NCBI RefSeq assembly: GCF_009914755.1
Contig: NC_060942.1
Direction: 5' to 3' (one strand)
DNA: 64,000 nucleotides
Origin: the human T2T-CHM13v2.0 reference genome, Homo sapiens
In this document: one piece after another, positions 42,029 through 55,415 of the stretch
Position numbering within the stretch: position 1 is the first letter of the stretch
How the letters are laid out: each line of letters begins with the position of its first letter
Notes under the pieces: model-generated
Told to the model about the DNA's origin: nothing
Database searches by the model: none
The model's input: only the letters and a program-made list of their open reading frames with translations
Program-made: the position numbers and the translations under genes

Positions 42029-42330
42029 GGCCAGGTGCAGTGGCTCACACCTGTAATCCCAACACTTCGAGAGGCCAAGGCAGGAGGATCACAGGAGTTC
42101 AAAATCAGCCTGGGCAACCTGGCAAAACCCCGTATCCATAAAAAAATACAAAAATTAGCTGGGTGTGGTGGCACATGCCTGTAGTCCAAGCTACTCAGGA
42201 GACTGAGGTAGGAAAATCACCTGAGCCCAGAAAGTCGACGGACGCTGCAGTGAGCCACGATTGTGCCACCGCGCACCACACTCTAGCTTGGGCAATGGGA
42301 GTGAGACCCTGTCTAAAAAAAAAGAAAAAA
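42029..42330 (+). mobile_element. AluJ SINE
   Basis: Dimer; TSD aaaatgaggaaatg. Confidence 0.9.
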
Positions 42331-43106
42331 AAATGAGGAAATGATGAAGCACATGAAATGATGTTCAATATCAGTAATCATTAGAGAACTGCAAATCAAA
42401 ACCACAGTAAGATATTACTTCACACTCATTAGGATGATTATTATTATTATTTTTTTTTTTAAAAAGAAACTGACAAGTGTTGGAAAGAATGTGGTGAAGT
42501 TGGAAACCTTATATGTTTCTGTTGGGAATGTAAACTGGTGAAGCCACCTTGGAAAACAGTTTGGCAGTTCCTCAAAAATTAAACATGGGGTTACCACAGA
42601 ACCTAGCAATTGCGTTCCTGGGTATATACCCAAGAGAAATGAAAACTTAGGTCCACAAAAAAAATGTACATAAATATTCAAGTGACATTACTCATAATAA
42701 CCATAAAGTGGAAAAAACTCACATGTCCATCCACTGATTAATGGGTAAACAAAATATGTTATATTCATCTAATGAATATTATTCAGCTATAAAAATAATA
42801 AAATACTGATATATGTTACAACATGGATGAACTTTGTAAACATTATTCTATGTGAAAGAGGCCAGGAATAAAAGGTTATATATTATATAATTCCATGTAT
42901 GTAAAATGTCCACAACAGGTAAATCCATGGACAAATCCATAGACAAAAAGATTACCAGGAGCTGGAGAGAGTGGGAAATGCGGTTTGATTGTTAATAGGT
43001 ACAGAATTTCTTTTTAAAGTGATGAAAATGTTCTAGAATTAGATAGTGGTGATGACTGTAAAACATTGCAAATATAATAAAAACTACTTTAAAATTGTAT
43101 ACTTTG

Positions 43107-43409
<303 letters not shown>

Positions 43410-44019
43410 ATGTATACATTGTAAGAGTGAATTGTATGACATGTGAATGATATCTCAATTAAAAAAAAAAGTTATAGAGCTTAATAAAACCCAGATCCAG
43501 ATATACTTGGCTCAGTCTGAAGAACATCCACATGCCTGTTGTACTGACCTCTGAGTTTCTTCTACTATACTCCCAAGAAGACAGGCAGAGTCGAGACTGG
43601 CTGGTAACCAGGGCTGCTGAAAACAGTTAAGAACCCAGGTGCAAAACGGGGAAAGTACCCTCACCCCATAAGGTGGATAGGCTAGAACCTTCATCTGGTA
43701 TTTGCATTCATTCACAACATCAGAATACCAGAATCCCTCCCAGACCACCAGGCCCAGAAATTTGTATTCACCTTCTCATCTTTATTAGCCTGATTGGTAA
43801 CTTGGTGAGGAAATTCATATAAAGGTCCAAGTTAGAATAATAATGTATTTGGAAGTAATGTGGCAGAAAGCTGACATTTCCAATTCTTACATTTTTATGC
43901 ATGCTTTTGTCCTAGAGGGTGCCACTTGTGTCCTACTCAATTTATGAGGATAGAGCTCAGAAATTTACATTTTTAAAAAGTATCCTTGGTGATTTGTCTT
44001 TAAACATAGGTTTGACTAT

Positions 44020-45140
44020 CATTGCTTAATTTTTCTTCTAACTTTATATTTTTAAAAAATGCCAAACCTACGGAAAAGTGAAAAATATATAGAACAATGG
44101 ATTTCCATATGCTATGGTTTGAATGTGTCCCACAAATTGCGTGTGCTGGAAACTTAGTCCCCAATGCAGCAGTATTAAAAGACAAAGACTTTAAGAAGTG
44201 ACTGGATCATGAGGGCAGTGCCCTCATGAATGGATTTATTCATCCATGGATTCATGGATTAATAGGTTATTGCAGAATTGGGACTGGTGGTCTTATAAGA
44301 AGAGGAAGAGACCTAAGCTAGCACACTTAATGCTCAACCCTGCACCATGGGATGCCCTGGACCACCTTGGGACTCTGCAGAGAGCCCCACCAGCGAGAAG
44401 GTTCTCACCATATGTGACCCCTTGACCTTGGACTTCTCAGCCTCCATAACTGTAAATTTCTTTTTAAATAACTTACCCAGTTTCAAGTATTCTGTTATAA
44501 ACAACAGAAAATAAACTACTATATGAAGTTTACGTGTTTTAAATTAGATTCATTGTTAACACGTTGCCACATTTTCTATCTGTTCTCTCTCTCTCATTAA
44601 CTTGAGAATAAGTTGTAGTTGTAATGAAATTTCAGCTTATATCACGTAAAAACAAAGACATCCTCCCTTATCACCATAATTCAATCGTCACATTCAGGGT
44701 ATTTAACATCAATACATGAATATCATCAAATTAGAACCCATATTTCTACTTCCCTAGCTGTCCCAACAATGTCCTTCATAGTTTTTTGGTTTTTTGGATT
44801 TAGGATTCAGTCAAGGATCACACATTGCAATTAGTTGTCACATTTTTTTCTCCTTTAATCTGGAGCAACTCATTCATCTTTCTTTTTTCATGTCACTGAC
44901 ATCTTTGGAGAATGTAAAATTATTGCTTCAAAGAATGTTCGTCAATTTGGATTTGCTTCATTATTTCCTGATGATTATACTTAGGTTAAATAGCTTCAAT
45001 CAGGATAATTTGTAATCATTTGTCCATTTTTGAAGTAGGTTTTACCACATAGTTAACGTAGTATCCACCAGATTTCTCTACTGTAAAGGTACTTTCCCTC
45101 TTTGTAATTAATAAATAATATGATGGGTGATACTTTGAAA
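44020..45140 (-). mobile_element. L1MC/MD-like 3' fragment split by an MST LTR
   Basis: ctagctgtcccaacaatgtcc, ggattcagtcaaggatcacacattgca. Confidence 0.6.
44110..44522 (+). mobile_element. MST-family (MSTC/D-like) LTR
   Basis: TGCTATGGTTTGAATGTGTCCC...tattctgttataaacaacagaaaa. Confidence 0.85.
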
Positions 45141-47959
45141 CTGACCATTTATTCTTATTTAGAAAAATTTTTAACCAGCCTGTCTTCTACTGTTAACTCA
45201 ACAAATAACAGATCTCTGTGTAATTTCTGCAGTTATACTAGAAATCATCAACCTTAATTAAATCCTGGAATTTAATTGTAGTAGTTCTCTCTTAAGGTTT
45301 CCTTTGTATCTTGAACATAGCCTCAAAGTTATCTATCTTTAATACTATTTTTCTACATAACTAAAAATTAAGATACAGATATACACACTTTTATTTCTTA
45401 AACAATTTTATGCTTCTAAAAATTAAAGTTCGGCAGGAAATTTTTTCTAGCTTACAATTCTCTAAACACCTTAATTTATTAAGTGTGATAAACAATTGGC
45501 TGTTAATATGTTTATCTTTGTATTTTTAGTCCTCTTATACATAGAAAGGTTATTTTGTTCTTTCTTATAAATTCTATGGATGTTGAAAAATTTTACAGGA
45601 AGACTGATTTTTTTCAGTAAATGAAAAGATAATGCATTTTAAGCCATCTTTTAAACATTGCTGAATTTCAATTGTTGTTTTAGAATGCAATGTCATACAG
45701 ATTTTAAATATACTAGCGAAAATAATGTGACAAATGCAATGTCTGGCATTGACTTTGAATGCACCTTGTCCCATCCCTTTTTCATATAGGTAGACATTTG
45801 ACTGTTTAATCTTACACATTCAGATAAGATTATCTATTTGGCTGTAACGAGTATGTTTTGTCATAACAACAGTGCATATTTTTCACTTATTTCATTTAAA
45901 CCTACCTTATCATGTCTCATACTGTGCCAGGTACCCCGAGAGACCTCAGCTGTAAATGGAGTTCTATTATTTAAGCGGTATTGGGATTTATTTTCCCCCA
46001 GGAAGATACATTAGTTTATAAAGCACCTGATTCTCCCTGTAGGTCCTTCCCATTTGGATGAGTTTCCCCTCTCTGCTACGTTGGTCTACTTAGTGAATGA
46101 CTGGCTGGCAAATGCGATATGCATTAGCTCAGCCATTATCAGCCTTTGCCAAGCAGGAGCACAGGGCTGCCTCACTTGCCTTGTCAGAGCCTCAGAAGCA
46201 TGCTGATGCCAGAAGGCACCACTTGGTGGTGATTAGCAGCATCCATTGGCCTCACTTCCATACCATAAACTACCACCACTGTAGTTCTAGTTGCAGTGCA
46301 TTCTAAAGAAATATTCCCAAGTAAGCCATTCTGGGACTGTGCTGCATTTCTTCTCTTCGTGGCAGTTTCAGGCAATTGCGAAGCTGTGAGATGCCTCTTC
46401 GTTACCAGAAACCTTAGTGCTGGAGGGAAAAAGCAGCTGAGGAAACCCTGGACAGATGGCTTTCTGCCAAAGTCCCTCAGCATTTTGCTCCCCCATTTAA
46501 GTGGCAGTTACAGATGATGTTCAATATGACAAATATTTATTAGTCACTACCTAGAAGCAAAGCACAGTGTTAGGCACTGTTGGAGGTAATAAAATAAACG
46601 CAGTCCCTCCCTTCAAGTAGATTACAAGCCAGTAAGGAAATAGGATAATTTTTTAAAATAGCACCATTACATCTCAAATTGTGGTAAATGCTACGGAAGA
46701 AAAAAAATCATGAAAAAGCTATGAAAATTTGAAAAAGGAAGAGAAAATTACCCACTAAACTGACAGCCAGAAACTATCCCTCCAGGTGTTCTGAGGATAT
46801 GAGATTCCCTGAGGACGCAAGGTGATAGAAAAGCTCCCGGTATTGAATGCACTGAGAGAGTCGGGGCTCTCAAGTAGCAGCAACACATCACAGTGGGAAG
46901 TGAGACCCCACCACATGGGGCAGGTGTATTTTTGTAACTTTCCAAATCCAAATCAACAAGATTTAGATACATTCATTGTTTCATTTCATCATTCCAGATC
47001 TTTTATTAAATACTAGAAGCTGGAGCCTGGGCAAAAACCAGGGGGTGGAAAAATTAACGACACAGTCTAGTTGAGCATTGCAGACAAGAAATGCAGCAAA
47101 TTCATTGTAGCTGTCTGTGTATGTAAGTGATACATGAGATCAAAGGAGGAACATCTCACCCATTTTGAGAATTTCAAAGACAGAGTTTCAGAAAGAGACA
47201 CATCTGGACTTAAAGCTAGCAAAGCACTGTTTCAGCTCCAAGAACAGCTTGAGCTAAAGCTTCAACTGCCCAAACAGTCTCCGACATCTCGAGACTCTGC
47301 AACACGCAGATGCCTGTCTTTAAGGAGAACTTGATCCTCTGTTGGGCATATTAATATCAATAATCTTCACTTCCTATTTCAATATTATTTGTGCGTAAGA
47401 GTATGGTACGCTGCTCAATTTAGAATGCAGTTATTTACCACAATCTAGATCTATTAAAATACTTGTTCAAATTAAATCAGCCCTTGACTAAATAATGTGC
47501 ACTGTGATGGCCAGCTGGCCAAACTATTATGGATTTTATTTTAAATAAGGAAAGAACAGAACTATTTATGATCATTGGATTTTGTATGGCATTTGTTTAG
47601 AAATGAATTATGAGTTATCGGTTGAAGAAAAAGATCAGAGAGGTTTGAACACTTAATAAATACTGTGGTGATGGCCCAATTTTTAGTCTGATTTAAGAAC
47701 TGCAAAGACAGTCCCAGCTCTGCTCAAGATGCAGCTGAAGCTCATTTTGGATGATCAGTGAAGTGAGGGAGGTTGAACATTCTCAATGCAGCAGTTAAGT
47801 GATCTTGGCAGTACCAGAGAGAACCAAAGAGATTTGTTCTAGTTAAAAAAATGAATATTTGGAAATACTTCTGTGGCACTCGGGAACGTTTGTCTTATTT
47901 GCTAATGTGACTAAAAAATAAATTCATCACTTTTGCCCAAGTCTTTATGGAATATACTA

Positions 47960-48960
47960 TTGAAAGGGGCTAGATGGGTTTCCTAATGACATTCATATTG
48001 CCAGAGTGATTGCGAGCACCTGTGCATCCATTTGAATTGCTCCCTTGCCCAATCTCATGTGTGGGGAGCATGAAACCATCTTCTCTTCTCTGGGATTTTG
48101 TTCTATCAGTTCTTTCCTCTCTCTGGTGAATCTTTAGTCTCTTCCACTCTACTGGTTTCTCCTCGGCATGTATACATTCTGATGTATTTTCTGTCTTTAA
48201 AATATAACGGGTATTTTCATTAGGCATATTTCTCCCGGCTTCTCTTGTATTGCTCTTCTTCCCTTCATAGCCACGATCCTTGAAAGACACTCTGTGTTCA
48301 CCACTTAAACTTTTCTACCTTGCCTTGGCTCTCCAATTCCCTCCTCAATGCTAAAACCAATGCACTCTTCTCAATGTCCTATTATTGATCCCTTGGTGAC
48401 ACCTGACTGGTGACCACACCTTTCTTCTTAAATCTCTGTCTTTTACTTCGGAAATGTCATCCCCATTTTAAGCTGTTTCTGAAATCCCTGAGTATTGCTC
48501 CTCTTTTTTACTGGCTCCTTTTTTTTCCCATCTAAAATCTCAAATATTGCTGCCATTGACCTTTTCCTATCAGTTTTTACAGATCTTCAAATATCTTCTT
48601 TCACCTGGTAAATCTCAAATCTATGTTATCAGGATGAGACCATCTCCGGAGTGTCATACCTGTAATGCCGCTTGCCTATGCAACAGCTCCACCTGAATGT
48701 CACACAAGCACTTCAAACTCAATGTGGCCAAAACCAAAGCCATCATCTTTCATTCCTGACTCTCTCCACCAGCTACAATTGATCGGGCTCGACTTTGAGG
48801 AATCTTTCTTGTCTAATACTGACCTTTACTGCATGCATTTTTTACTTATCTGTTCGCTAATCTGTGAGTGTTCAGGGGGAAAGAGCTCTGCCTCATTCAT
48901 TTGAGTATCCTCAGCACTTAACAAGTGCCATAATTATTTGGGAACTAAGTAAATGAACGG
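47960..48960 (+). mobile_element. L2 fragments
   Basis: Pyrimidine-rich L2 motifs (ctccacctgaatgtc, cttcaaactcaatgtggccaaa) and an L2 terminus. Confidence 0.6.
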
Positions 48961-49479
48961 GTGGAGTGAGGTGAGGTGAGGTCTGCTGCACAGTTGTACT
49001 TTTTTGCACTAAAATAAAGCCTATCAGATCAGAGTTCCCACACGTGGTTGGAGGTGCTCCCTAGAACTGCTGCTCAGTAAAGAAACTCTTCTGTTTCTCC
49101 CAGCAGCTACCAACACTGCCATGCTGCACCAGCTCTCTCCCTCCTGGGTAGGCACAAAAATACAACCTCAAAAGAACACATAAGGAAAGAAGTGCCCAGA
49201 AGAGTACAGCTATGAGAGCTGAGTATGTTTATAGAGGAAACACAGTGATATACTCCAGGGAGAAGTGCTAGATCTTTGTTCTACCATAACAGTTAGCATT
49301 CAGCAGACTGAAAGCATTCAGTCTACAGTGATAGGTAACAGCCCTGAAAAATGTGAGGAGATTTTAATATTAAGACTTAAAAATAAAAAATCTCAAAGGA
49401 AAAAGGATTTCATTGGAAATATAAAATTGCTATCGAGTAGCATCAGGATTTCCAGCTTTGAAAAGTACATATGTGACAG

Positions 49480-51600
49480 TTCCAAGAACTCTTTGGAGTT
49501 TCTAGCCCATATTCAAATAAAAAATTATGCAGAAAATTTTATGAAGACACAGAGGACAGGGCACCTCACCTGGTCTAAAGGCGACAAGAAAGTCCTTCCA
49601 AAGAAAGTGAAACCCCAGCCAAGTTTTAAAGGTTAACTTTTGAACTGGGTGGTATAAGCAGAAGGAAGATTTTGTACTAAGCCACAAGGGAGTAAATATG
49701 ACACATTCGGGGAACTAGGACAAGTTTGGCAGAAGTAAATGTAGTGTGCATGTATGGGAAGTGGGAAATAGATGTGGAAATGTAGCAAGGGCCAAAGCAC
49801 GAAACGCCTTGTATGTTGTGCTTCGTCATTTGACATACATGATAGTTGGGGAGCCATGGAAGGATTTTGAGTAGGTAAGTGACAGGACCAAATTTACATT
49901 TTAGCAATATAATTCTGGGGCAAACATATGTGAAGAATTTGAGAGGAATATGATAGTGGCAGGCAGACAAGTAGAAGACCATTACAATTAATAGACGAGA
50001 AATCAAGTTAGGGGAAGAAGGCAAAAGGATTGATTTCATAGATATCCAGGAAATTGAATCCTTAGAAACTGGTACATTATAAGAAAAACAAGAAGAGGTC
50101 TAGGATGATTTCCGGGATTCTAGTTTCATTCAGTCATTCAGAACGTGTGTGTGTGTATGTGTGTATGGCATGTATGTGTGTGTATATATATTAATATTAT
50201 GTTATATATATAACATGTTCTGTGTTAGATATATAACATTTTCTATGTTTTAGATGTTTATATGTTAATAAAAATATGTTATATATTTTATTTATACATA
50301 TATAATGTTAATAAATACATATACTATACAGGTATAAGACAACAAAACCTGTTCTATGTCCCTGGCTCTGATAATACAACAATAAACAAGACACACTCCC
50401 AGGCCTCAAGGAACTCAAAGCCTAGTAGGGTTATAGACAAGTAAACAGGGTCATGAAAAGTATGCAGTAGGGGTTTCTAGCCCAGACTTGAGATTTGACA
50501 AAAAAGATTTCTTTTAGCTGAGATCTTAATGACAAATAGTGCTACTTAAGTGAAATAGACTAGGAAAATATTCCTGGCAGGTGGACTAGCATGTGTAAAA
50601 GCATGGAAATGAGAAAGCAGATCCTGTTTGTTTGGGAAATGTCAAGAAAGACACAGTGGTGCCATACACGAAGAGAGGGAATAGAGGAGAATAAGGAGGC
50701 TGGGTGGTGATAAGTCCACTCTCATACATGTTGAGCTAGAGGTGCCCCTGGGAGCTCCAAATGGACAGATTGGGCCATGGAGTTATCAACATTGCCTAGA
50801 TTGGCTGGAGAAAGATATTTGAAAGACAAGACAGGAGATAAAGTTATAAGGGGTAGTAAGATTTCCCATGGAGAGTGCAGAGAAAGAAAAGATCAGGTGA
50901 AGGACAGAATCCCAGAGAAATCTACCATTTATGGGCAAAATAGAGGAAAATATTTCCAGTGAGAGAGTATCAGGAGAAGCAAGAGAGAAAATGGGAAGTC
51001 ATAGAAATCATGAGAGTTTCAAGGAAAAGGAATTTAACAATACTAAATGAAGTAGAGAATAATGTAAAATAATGACAGTAAATAATGACAGAAAAGTACC
51101 TACTGGACTGAGCCTTTCTGAGATTTTCAGTGATCGATTTGTCAAGAGCACTTTCGGTGGGTGGGAAGAAGATTAGGAGAAAATGGTAGGTCAGCAATTG
51201 AAAACAGTGTGTATAGATTACGTTGTCAAGTCACTTGACTGTAATGAGCCAGAGAGAGAGATGATAGCAATGTGAGAGCACCACGTGGGGTTGGAAAAAT
51301 TTGTTTTTTTTTTTTTTTTTGTAAATAGGGAGAGACATAAACACATTTATCAGCTGAAAGGACTGAGCCAAGGGAGAGGGAAAGAAGGTAAAAGAGACAC
51401 AACAAGGACCTGGAAAAGGCAAGGAAGGATAATAAATACATTGTGTGGAGGATTAACCTTGGATTATAAAAGACAAGTTGCCCTCCAGAGTTTGAAGGAA
51501 GGGGTCAAGGATGGGGGAGGAAGAAAATAAAGTGGTAGATGGGGTTTCAAAGAGTTGAGGGAATGACTTTTCTGATGATGAAGTCATCTTCTCAGAGTGG
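49480..51600 (-). mobile_element. L2 fragments with an internal TG/TA low-complexity tract (50145-50320)
   Basis: gggagccatggaaggattttgag, ctaggatgatttcc, aataaacaagacac. Confidence 0.6.
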
Positions 51601-52768
51601 GGATGAGAACAGAAGGCACGGGAGGGGCTTTACCTTCCAGCCTCACCTTTCCCCTTCTTCCCACATTTATAACCCCAGACTAAACATGGTTCAGTTTTGT
51701 CAACATTCCAACCCATGTATATGGTGAAATGTCAGATTATCGGGAACGCTGCAAGTAAACATAAAATAATCCCTGAGACTGCTGAAGCTCATAATAGTTT
51801 CCTTGACATGTATAATTTAATAGACTAAATACATGATAAATATTTACATAAGAAAGAAAATTTTTCCCCTAAATGTTAGAAATATTTGTATTTCATGCAT
51901 AATAGCTTCATTTTAAAACAGTGGAAGTGGTCATGATTATGTGCTCATGGCTATCTTCAACTTAAAATTTCAAGGATTTAAGGGTCTGATGGTTGCTCCC
52001 CTCTTCCAGAATGAAACAATGATACAATTTCAGTTTCAGTTATTGTGGTTTTGAATATATAACAATTAATGAAGAGTCTACCAATCTTTCTTAATAAAAT
52101 GCTTTATAAGTTGTATGAATCATAATATATACACTACCTAACATTTAAAATATACTTTTAGCAATGATCTGAAGCAAATTGTCTAAGGAGTTGGATTTTA
52201 CCTCAGGGGTTTGTTTTTGAAGTGCCTGCATATGTTGCTGCAAAATGAGCAGGGCTTCTATCATTTTGGAAGAAGGTGAGAACACATTCTGGTGAATGAG
52301 TAGTCTCTGCTTAAAAACTTACATTCCTGGGATCATTTTGACCTGGGGGCTTTGTCTATAATTAGAATTATTCGCTATAAAGAGGGTAGTAGTATACTGC
52401 TTGTGACCGATGTCTCATACAGCCAGGCTTCCCATAGTTTTGGGGATTAGCATGTTTTTCTTCTGAATTATATCCTTTTATTGTAAAAAATTATAAATCA
52501 TAATCATACCTTTATATTCATGTTATTCTTATTGTATTTATTTTAAACACTGTAGCTATAGAAATAAATAAGGCTCCTGATGTAGAGCTCTCCTGTATTG
52601 ATACCTATTTATTATTCCTCTGAGGCTAATATATAGCTGATTTTATTCTAGGCTTTAGTTGAACTTTCTTTCAATTTTCATCTGAATCCATGAATATCTA
52701 AAACTTTGTTTGATGGTGTCACACTTCCAAATAGTTTAGCAGTGTGCAGTCCGCTGTTTTTGTAAACA

Positions 52769-54175
52769 TGTGTTTTTCTTTCTGGCATCTTCTCTGTCAC
52801 AACTGTGGGCCGGTCCAGCTGGCTGCTCTGGCACTGAGTCTCATCTCTGCCTTGGTGGAGTCCAACAGTAGACCCAGACATATGCCTCATATGCCTATTA
52901 TGTCCCTTCATTCCGATGACAAGGTAGTTGCACTGCTCAGCCATTTGAGTCAACAATTAACATGTTTAAAAATAATGCCACAATGATTTCTCAAAGACCT
53001 AAAGACAGAAATACCATTCAACCCAACAATCCCACTACTGGGTGTACACCCAAAGGAATATAAATCATTTTATCATACACATGCATGCGTGTGTTCACTG
53101 CAGCACTATTTGCAATAGCAGAGACATGGAATCAACCTAAATGCCCATCAGTAATAGACTAGATAAAGGAAACGTGGTACATATACACCATGGAATACTG
53201 TGCAGCCATAAAAAAGAATGAGGTCATGTCTTTTGCAGGAACATGGGTGGAGCTGGAGGCCACTATCCTCAGCAAACTAACACAGGAACAGAAAACAAAA
53301 TACTGCATGTTCTCACTTATAAGTGGGAGCTAAATGATAAGAACTTATTAACTACAAAGAAGGAAACAACAGACACGGGGACCCACTTGAGGGGAGAGGA
53401 TGGACAGAGGGAGAGGATAGGGAAAAATAACTAATGAGTACTCGGCTTAATACCTGGGTGATGAAATAATCTGTGCAACAACCCCCCACAACACAAGTCT
53501 ACCTGTGTAACAAGCCTGTACATCTGTCCCTAAACCTAAAATAAAAGTAAAAAAAAAAATCAGCCGCAAAATGCCGATTTTAGGATATGAGTACTAATCA
53601 GAGTCTAGGAGGAGAATAAAGAGAGGCTTAAAGAATGTAGCAACATTAGTACTAATTAGCGTTTTAAAAGATTTTTCAAATTTTAATATATTTTGCTTTT
53701 TTTTCATCTCTCCCCTCTCAACGAAGGCATAATGCTAAGGGAGCTGGAGTTCCCATTGACAAGATAACCACGTCCTCTGTCTTTTCAGACATGATCAAGA
53801 TAGTTTTGGAGAGCCAGGTCCCTCCTGGGAAAGAACTCATTCTAAGAAGTTTGGTTTAGGGCAGGATAGATTAGGATTCAAAAGAGAGAGTGATTGTAAT
53901 GGGAATTTGCTGGGTTTTGCTCCAGTTCTCATGGACTACATGTCTGACCTCTAGGAATGTGTTAACCACTAAACTATTAAAAACTTAAACAGTCACTCAT
54001 TCAAATAAGGTATTGGGTCAGAACAGCCTACTGCTCACCTGTATCAGAACCTGGGAAAAGCCTCTGTCTGGGGCTGCTGTTGGAATCACCAAGGCAGAGA
54101 TGAGACTCAGTGCCAGAGCAGCCAGCTGGACCGGCCCACAGTTGTGACAGAGAAGACGCCAGAAAGAAAATCACA
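52769..54175. repeat. Inverted repeat of unique sequence: arms 52769-52880 and 54065-54175
   Basis: Reverse complement of the left arm matches the right arm, with 70 contiguous identical bp and about 6 differences in the flanks. Confidence 0.95.
52985..53560 (+). mobile_element. 5'-truncated older L1PA (PA13-16-like) 3' end
   Basis: gaaataccattcaacccaacaatccc...ggcttaatacctgggtgatgaaataatctgt plus A tail; approximate TSD. Confidence 0.9.
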
Positions 54176-55321
54176 GAAAGAGAGGAAAATGCCAAGTGTC
54201 CCAAGCCTGCCGAGGGCTACTTCATCAGCATTCTTAAGATACCTACTAAAAATACCCGAAAGGAGAAGGGGGAACTGTGATGAGGCTATAATCTCTAGAA
54301 TTACAGAGAACAGAGCTGGAAACAGGCTCTTACGTGACCCTCATTGCCACAGGAAGACATCTCATGCTGGTGTGGTCCAGGGAGGTAGGGGCCTCATGCA
54401 CATGGGATTCCTGTTGGAGGACAGGAGAGGAGAAATGAGCAATTTGCATTCAAATAAATATTTCAAAGACAGAGATATCCTTTCCACATATTTTCAAATA
54501 TTCAAATCACTTTTGGAAATGTTTGCCGTGTGGGTATATGACTCGAGGATTTTACTCCTTTCACAAATCTGAGTTGTCTAGCTAGAAAGGAACATATGAG
54601 CCATTTTCCACCTCACTGACCACAGAGTTTAGGTCAGTTATCAACAGCAGCAAAATATTTGGTAAAAAAATTAAACCAGCCAAAATATATAAGCCATCTT
54701 GAAATAGAAAACCTGGTAGCAGAGTACCCTCAATTTGTTTGGCACCACAAAGCCAGACACAGCATCTGTACAGTCTGTTCGAACACCCTTTTTCGAGATG
54801 GTTTGTGAAGCCAACACTCACACTCACACAAGAGCCGTAGGGGAAGCCAGATTTCACACTCCACCCTTCAAAGTTCTAACAGAAGGAAGAAAATCTGAAG
54901 TCATGTCATCTTTAAGAGACTTCATGGGGAGAGATGGGATGCCGGCCAAGGGGCTCTGCGTGGTATCCTGTGCATTCATAAAGGAAAATGCCCATCGTCT
55001 CAAAGCTCTTTAGCCCTTTCAACAATGTATTTACATTAAGCCAACAATAATGAGGAAAGACAATCCGCTGGCTCTGCGGATAAACAAAGAACTTGCATCG
55101 CTAGAGACTCATCCTGCTTCATAAACACTTTCTAAAAGGAGACCACATTGTCTCCAAGGAAAAAGGTGTTGAAAAAAGAGAGCATGATACCATTATGCTG
55201 CCATATGTCTGGCCCAGGAGACCATAAAACCCTGAATGCCAGCAGCGTGAACCAATGACCGGAGCCTCTGTGGAGTTCATGATCAACCTGCTCTTCATCT
55301 TCAACCAGCAAGGGCACTCAC

Positions 55322-55415
55322 GTTCTTAATAAAATGCTTTGAAATCCTGGCATAAGGAATGTAAAATGTTATCATTGTTAAAATCCATAAAGTGCTCAAG
55401 AGCGTTAGAGTAGTT
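55322..55415 (-). other. Possible 94-nt exon
   Basis: Acceptor TTGCTTGTTTCTTCCATGGTTTTAG| and donor AAC|GTGAGT. Confidence 0.25.

Noticed and set aside
44208-44228. Hairpin catgagggca-g-tgccctcatg
   Set aside because: Normal feature of MST LTR consensus
54144-54572. Longest ORF (142 aa)
   Set aside because: Non-ATG start, no recognisable domain, no supporting exon structure
55280-55370. Fragments resembling miR-133 (cttcaaccagc) and miR-1 (ggaatgtaaa)
   Set aside because: Only 10-11-nt matches and no precursor hairpin
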